From IMG/VR virus record IMGVR_UViG_3300031853_000021, positions 14,689 through 78,688 of that record: a stretch of 64,000 nucleotides of DNA; one strand, written 5' to 3'. The notes under the pieces are model-generated. The model had not been told where the DNA came from and ran no database searches. It saw only the letters and a list, made by a program, of their open reading frames with translations. Every line of letters starts with the position of its first letter. The first letter of the stretch is position 1. Made by a program: the position numbers and the translations under genes. This document shows, in pieces, positions 61,604-64,000 of this stretch. The DNA is from a virus. Its lineage: Duplodnaviria; Caudoviricetes.

Positions 61604-63343
61604 TCACCTCCTTTCTGCTTTCTTCGCTCTGCTTTTCTCATACATCTGCAGCCACATTTCCACGGATTCATTCACATCCGGTTTCACTTCTCCCTTCATG
61701 GCCATCGTCCATGCGTCGATGATGGCGTCGATTGGGTCGATCCGCTCCGTCTGGTATTCCTTGTCGATCTTGATCTCGCCGAAACTGTTCGACACCGTCT
61801 TCGCGTTGGCTATCGACCAGGCAAGCATTTCATTCCCGTCATGCTCGACGTTCCCGGATTCGACTTCCAGACGGAAGTCTACCGTCGCGTCGTTCAGCGC
61901 TTTGGCCGACTGCGTGATGGCCACGCTGTCGTATCCCAGGGCGTCCAGATCTGACAGGAAGGCGCTGGCGTTGTGCGGGTCGTAGCAGACGAACTGCACG
62001 TCCAGATCCAGCGCTTTCGCGACCGTCTGCAGGTATGCCAGGATATACTTGTAATCCGTTTTTACGCCGCCCATGGTCTCCGTGACTGTGATCAGTCCCT
62101 GTCGGATCCAGATGTCGTACGGCACGCGGTCTGTTTTTATGTGCTCCTCGACCCGGCGCTTCGGGATGAAACTGTGGGCATGAATGTAATATTTCCGCAC
62201 GCCTTCCCGCACCGACGGGAACACGAACGCGATCGACGTCAGGTCGCCGCCGGAAGACAGGTCCAGACCGACATAACACTTCTGGCCCCGCAGGCTTTCC
62301 AGCGTCTTCGCTGTTTTTCCCGCTTTCCACAGCTCCATGTCCCGGATGTAGACATCGTTCGTCCACTGGATCCACATGTTCAGCTGCTTGACGATGAAGT
62401 CGCGCAGGGACGACCCGCCCATTTCCTTCGCGGTCTCTGCGATCGGGACCATGTTTTCCAGGGCTTCGTCGTCATATTCCAGGATCGGGTTCGCCTTGAT
62501 CCAGTTTTTCGGCGTCCACATGTCGTCGCCTTCGTCCATCTGTGCGATATAGACGAACTGCGAATCGTTGTGGGCGATCCCCTTCATCAGCTTCACGCAG
62601 TATTCATAAAGCGCGTAGCACGGGGATTTCAGGTCGAAGCCTGCAGTCGTGATCACGCTGATCAGCGCCGACTTCATCTTCTTGATGCCGCCTTCCAGCA
62701 GCTTGTACATCTGGTCGTCTTTGTGGGCGTGGTATTCGTCCACGATTCCCAGGTATGGCCGGAAGCCGTCGATTGATTTCGTATCGCCGGACAGTGCCCT
62801 GATCTTGCTGTATGTCCTGCAGCAGTCGATCGTGGAGTTGTACTCGTGGATGTCGAAGCACTCTTCCAGATCCGGATCGGACCGGATGAACTTCACGATC
62901 TCGTTGAAAACAATCAGCGCCTGGTCCTTCTTTGTGGCCGTGCAGTAGATCTGGCCGTATTTGTATTTCTCAAAATTGCCGTAATAGGCCGCCAGGATGC
63001 CGTTCAGGAAGGACTTGCCGTTCTGCCTTCCCAGCTGGATGTATGATGTCCTGAACCTTCTGGCGCCTGTGGCCTTCTTGCGCCATCCGTTCAGCGATCC
63101 CAGGATGAAGCACTGAAACGGGTACGCCTCGACCTGCGTCTGCTCTTCGCCCTCTGCGATCGTCAGCGTTTCCGCGAAGTCGATGATCCGTTCCGCCTGT
63201 GCTACGTCAAAATAAAACTGATACGGCGCGGCCTCTGCCGCTGCCATGTCGTCTATATGCCGCTGGCACGCCAGCTTTACCAGCTCCCCGGCGTTTATCT
63301 TTCCCGCAAGGACGTCCAGGGCGTACTGTGTTGTCCTGTCCAT
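61604..63343 (-). CDS. terL: Terminase large subunit
   Basis: GRQNGKS, IVDEYH. Confidence 0.95.
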   Translation of the reverse strand: MDRTTQYALDVLAGKINAGELVKLACQRHIDDMAAAEAAPYQFYFDVAQAERIIDFAETLTIAEGEEQTQVEAYPFQCFILGSLNGWRKKATGARRFRTSYIQLGRQNGKSFLNGILAAYYGNFEKYKYGQIYCTATKKDQALIVFNEIVKFIRSDPDLEECFDIHEYNSTIDCCRTYSKIRALSGDTKSIDGFRPYLGIVDEYHAHKDDQMYKLLEGGIKKMKSALISVITTAGFDLKSPCYALYEYCVKLMKGIAHNDSQFVYIAQMDEGDDMWTPKNWIKANPILEYDDEALENMVPIAETAKEMGGSSLRDFIVKQLNMWIQWTNDVYIRDMELWKAGKTAKTLESLRGQKCYVGLDLSSGGDLTSIAFVFPSVREGVRKYYIHAHSFIPKRRVEEHIKTDRVPYDIWIRQGLITVTETMGGVKTDYKYILAYLQTVAKALDLDVQFVCYDPHNASAFLSDLDALGYDSVAITQSAKALNDATVDFRLEVESGNVEHDGNEMLAWSIANAKTVSNSFGEIKIDKEYQTERIDPIDAIIDAWTMAMKGEVKPDVNESVEMWLQMYEKSRAKKAERR

Positions 63344-63364
63344 GGATGCCCCGCCTTCCCTGCC

Positions 63365-63889
63365 TTATGCGAATTTGTCGAACTTGTTCTGCTTCGGTGC
63401 TTCCTTCGCCTTCGGGACGATCAGTCTGCACCTGGATGATACTGTCAGGCCGAAGTCCGCCGCGCCTTGCCTGCACTGTCTGAAGTACCTGTCCTGCATG
63501 ATCGCCAGACGCTCGACCTGGCTGTTCACGCCCTGCACCGTCTTCATGATCGGGTTCCCCGCTTCGTCCTTGTCCTTGGTCTCGACTTCGATCTCGATCA
63601 TCAGCGGCAGCTGTGCGATCTGCTCCGTGATCTCTCTGTATTTCTCCTGCGCGATCACCAGGCGCGCTAACGCGTCGACGTCCAGGTTGGAGATCAGGTC
63701 AATCGCCCGCAGCTCCTTCACCGTCTTCCGGAAGGCCTTTTTCTGCGACGGCGTCAGGTATGCCGGCGCCGTGACTTTGTCTGCAGGCGCCCTGACTTCT
63801 GTCCGCTGGCGCTCTTCGATCTCGGCCTTCGTCAGGTGTTTCTTTCCCTTCGCAACGACCAGCGCGATCGGTTGCCTTTGTCCAGACAT
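63365..63889 (-). CDS. terS: Terminase small subunit (P27 family)
   Basis: Homologue of 24606-25130. Confidence 0.88.
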   Translation of the reverse strand: MSGQRQPIALVVAKGKKHLTKAEIEERQRTEVRAPADKVTAPAYLTPSQKKAFRKTVKELRAIDLISNLDVDALARLVIAQEKYREITEQIAQLPLMIEIEVETKDKDEAGNPIMKTVQGVNSQVERLAIMQDRYFRQCRQGAADFGLTVSSRCRLIVPKAKEAPKQNKFDKFA

Positions 63890-63970
63890 GCCGGTCTCCT
63901 TTCCGCTGCATTCACTGCAGAAATGTGTCAGATTCTGACCACATGCCCCTTCCGGCCCTATAATCTGGCG

Positions 63971-63993
63971 TTTTCGTGGGGATTTTTCTCCAC
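63971..63993. other. Conserved motif in putative cos region of the second phage
   Basis: 22 of 23 bases identical to 25213-25235. Confidence 0.5.
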
Positions 63994-64000
63994 GGATGAG

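Larger units (their letters stand above)
44109..64000 (-). mobile_element. Second phage (Y) structural/packaging region, incomplete in window; probably continuous with lysis region 1-5431
   Basis: Second full head-tail gene set, diverged from the first. Confidence 0.75.

Noticed and set aside
294-63938. Numerous long plus-strand or alternate-frame ORFs overlapping phage genes (e.g. 19394-20896, 28851-30590, 43439-44647)
   Set aside because: Shadow ORFs from GC-rich codon bias; no motifs or RBS, and they overlap clearly real genes
1-64000. Additional DGR target (second VR) or CRISPR array, tRNA or rRNA
   Set aside because: By eye, TR-like sequence occurs only at the four reported loci; the tandem repeats are coding repeats without unique spacers; no tRNA/rRNA signature seen. 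Not computationally excluded
1-64000. High GATC density as a methylation-related signal
   Set aside because: Readily explained by heavy ATC (Ile) and GAT codon use; not quantified

Overview
The whole window is temperate siphovirus DNA (HK97-type head, long non-contractile tail) from a GC-rich, probably Clostridia-class host; I recognise no host genes. Two related but distinct structural gene sets lie head-to-tail on the minus strand. Set A (about 8.7-25.1 kb) continues into early genes, a repressor and a large serine integrase ending at 39.94 kb. Set B (about 47.4-64 kb) is cut off near its cos region. Each set is preceded by a lysis module and a diversity-generating retroelement (DGR) with a reverse transcriptase (RT), a 144-bp template repeat (TR) and a variable repeat (VR) at the 3' end of a 569-aa tail protein. 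Of 16 TR/VR mismatches, 15 fall on TR adenines. The RT has atypical motifs (FMDD; IGGYIDAW in place of GxxxSQ) and no avd gene is visible. The two DGR cassettes sit in an apparently identical 3,258-bp direct repeat (5432-8689 = 44109-47366), although flanking homologues are clearly diverged. The 38,677 bp from one repeat copy to the next form a complete circularisable phage genome. It carries an attP-like palindrome, ParA, ParB, a chromosome-type parS, an HUH rolling-circle Rep and a candidate antisense copy-control RNA. This suggests a plasmid-like phage joined into a second prophage through a shared DGR cassette, either as a real cointegrate or as an assembly misjoin. All alignments and counts were done by eye; family names come from motif recognition, not database searches.
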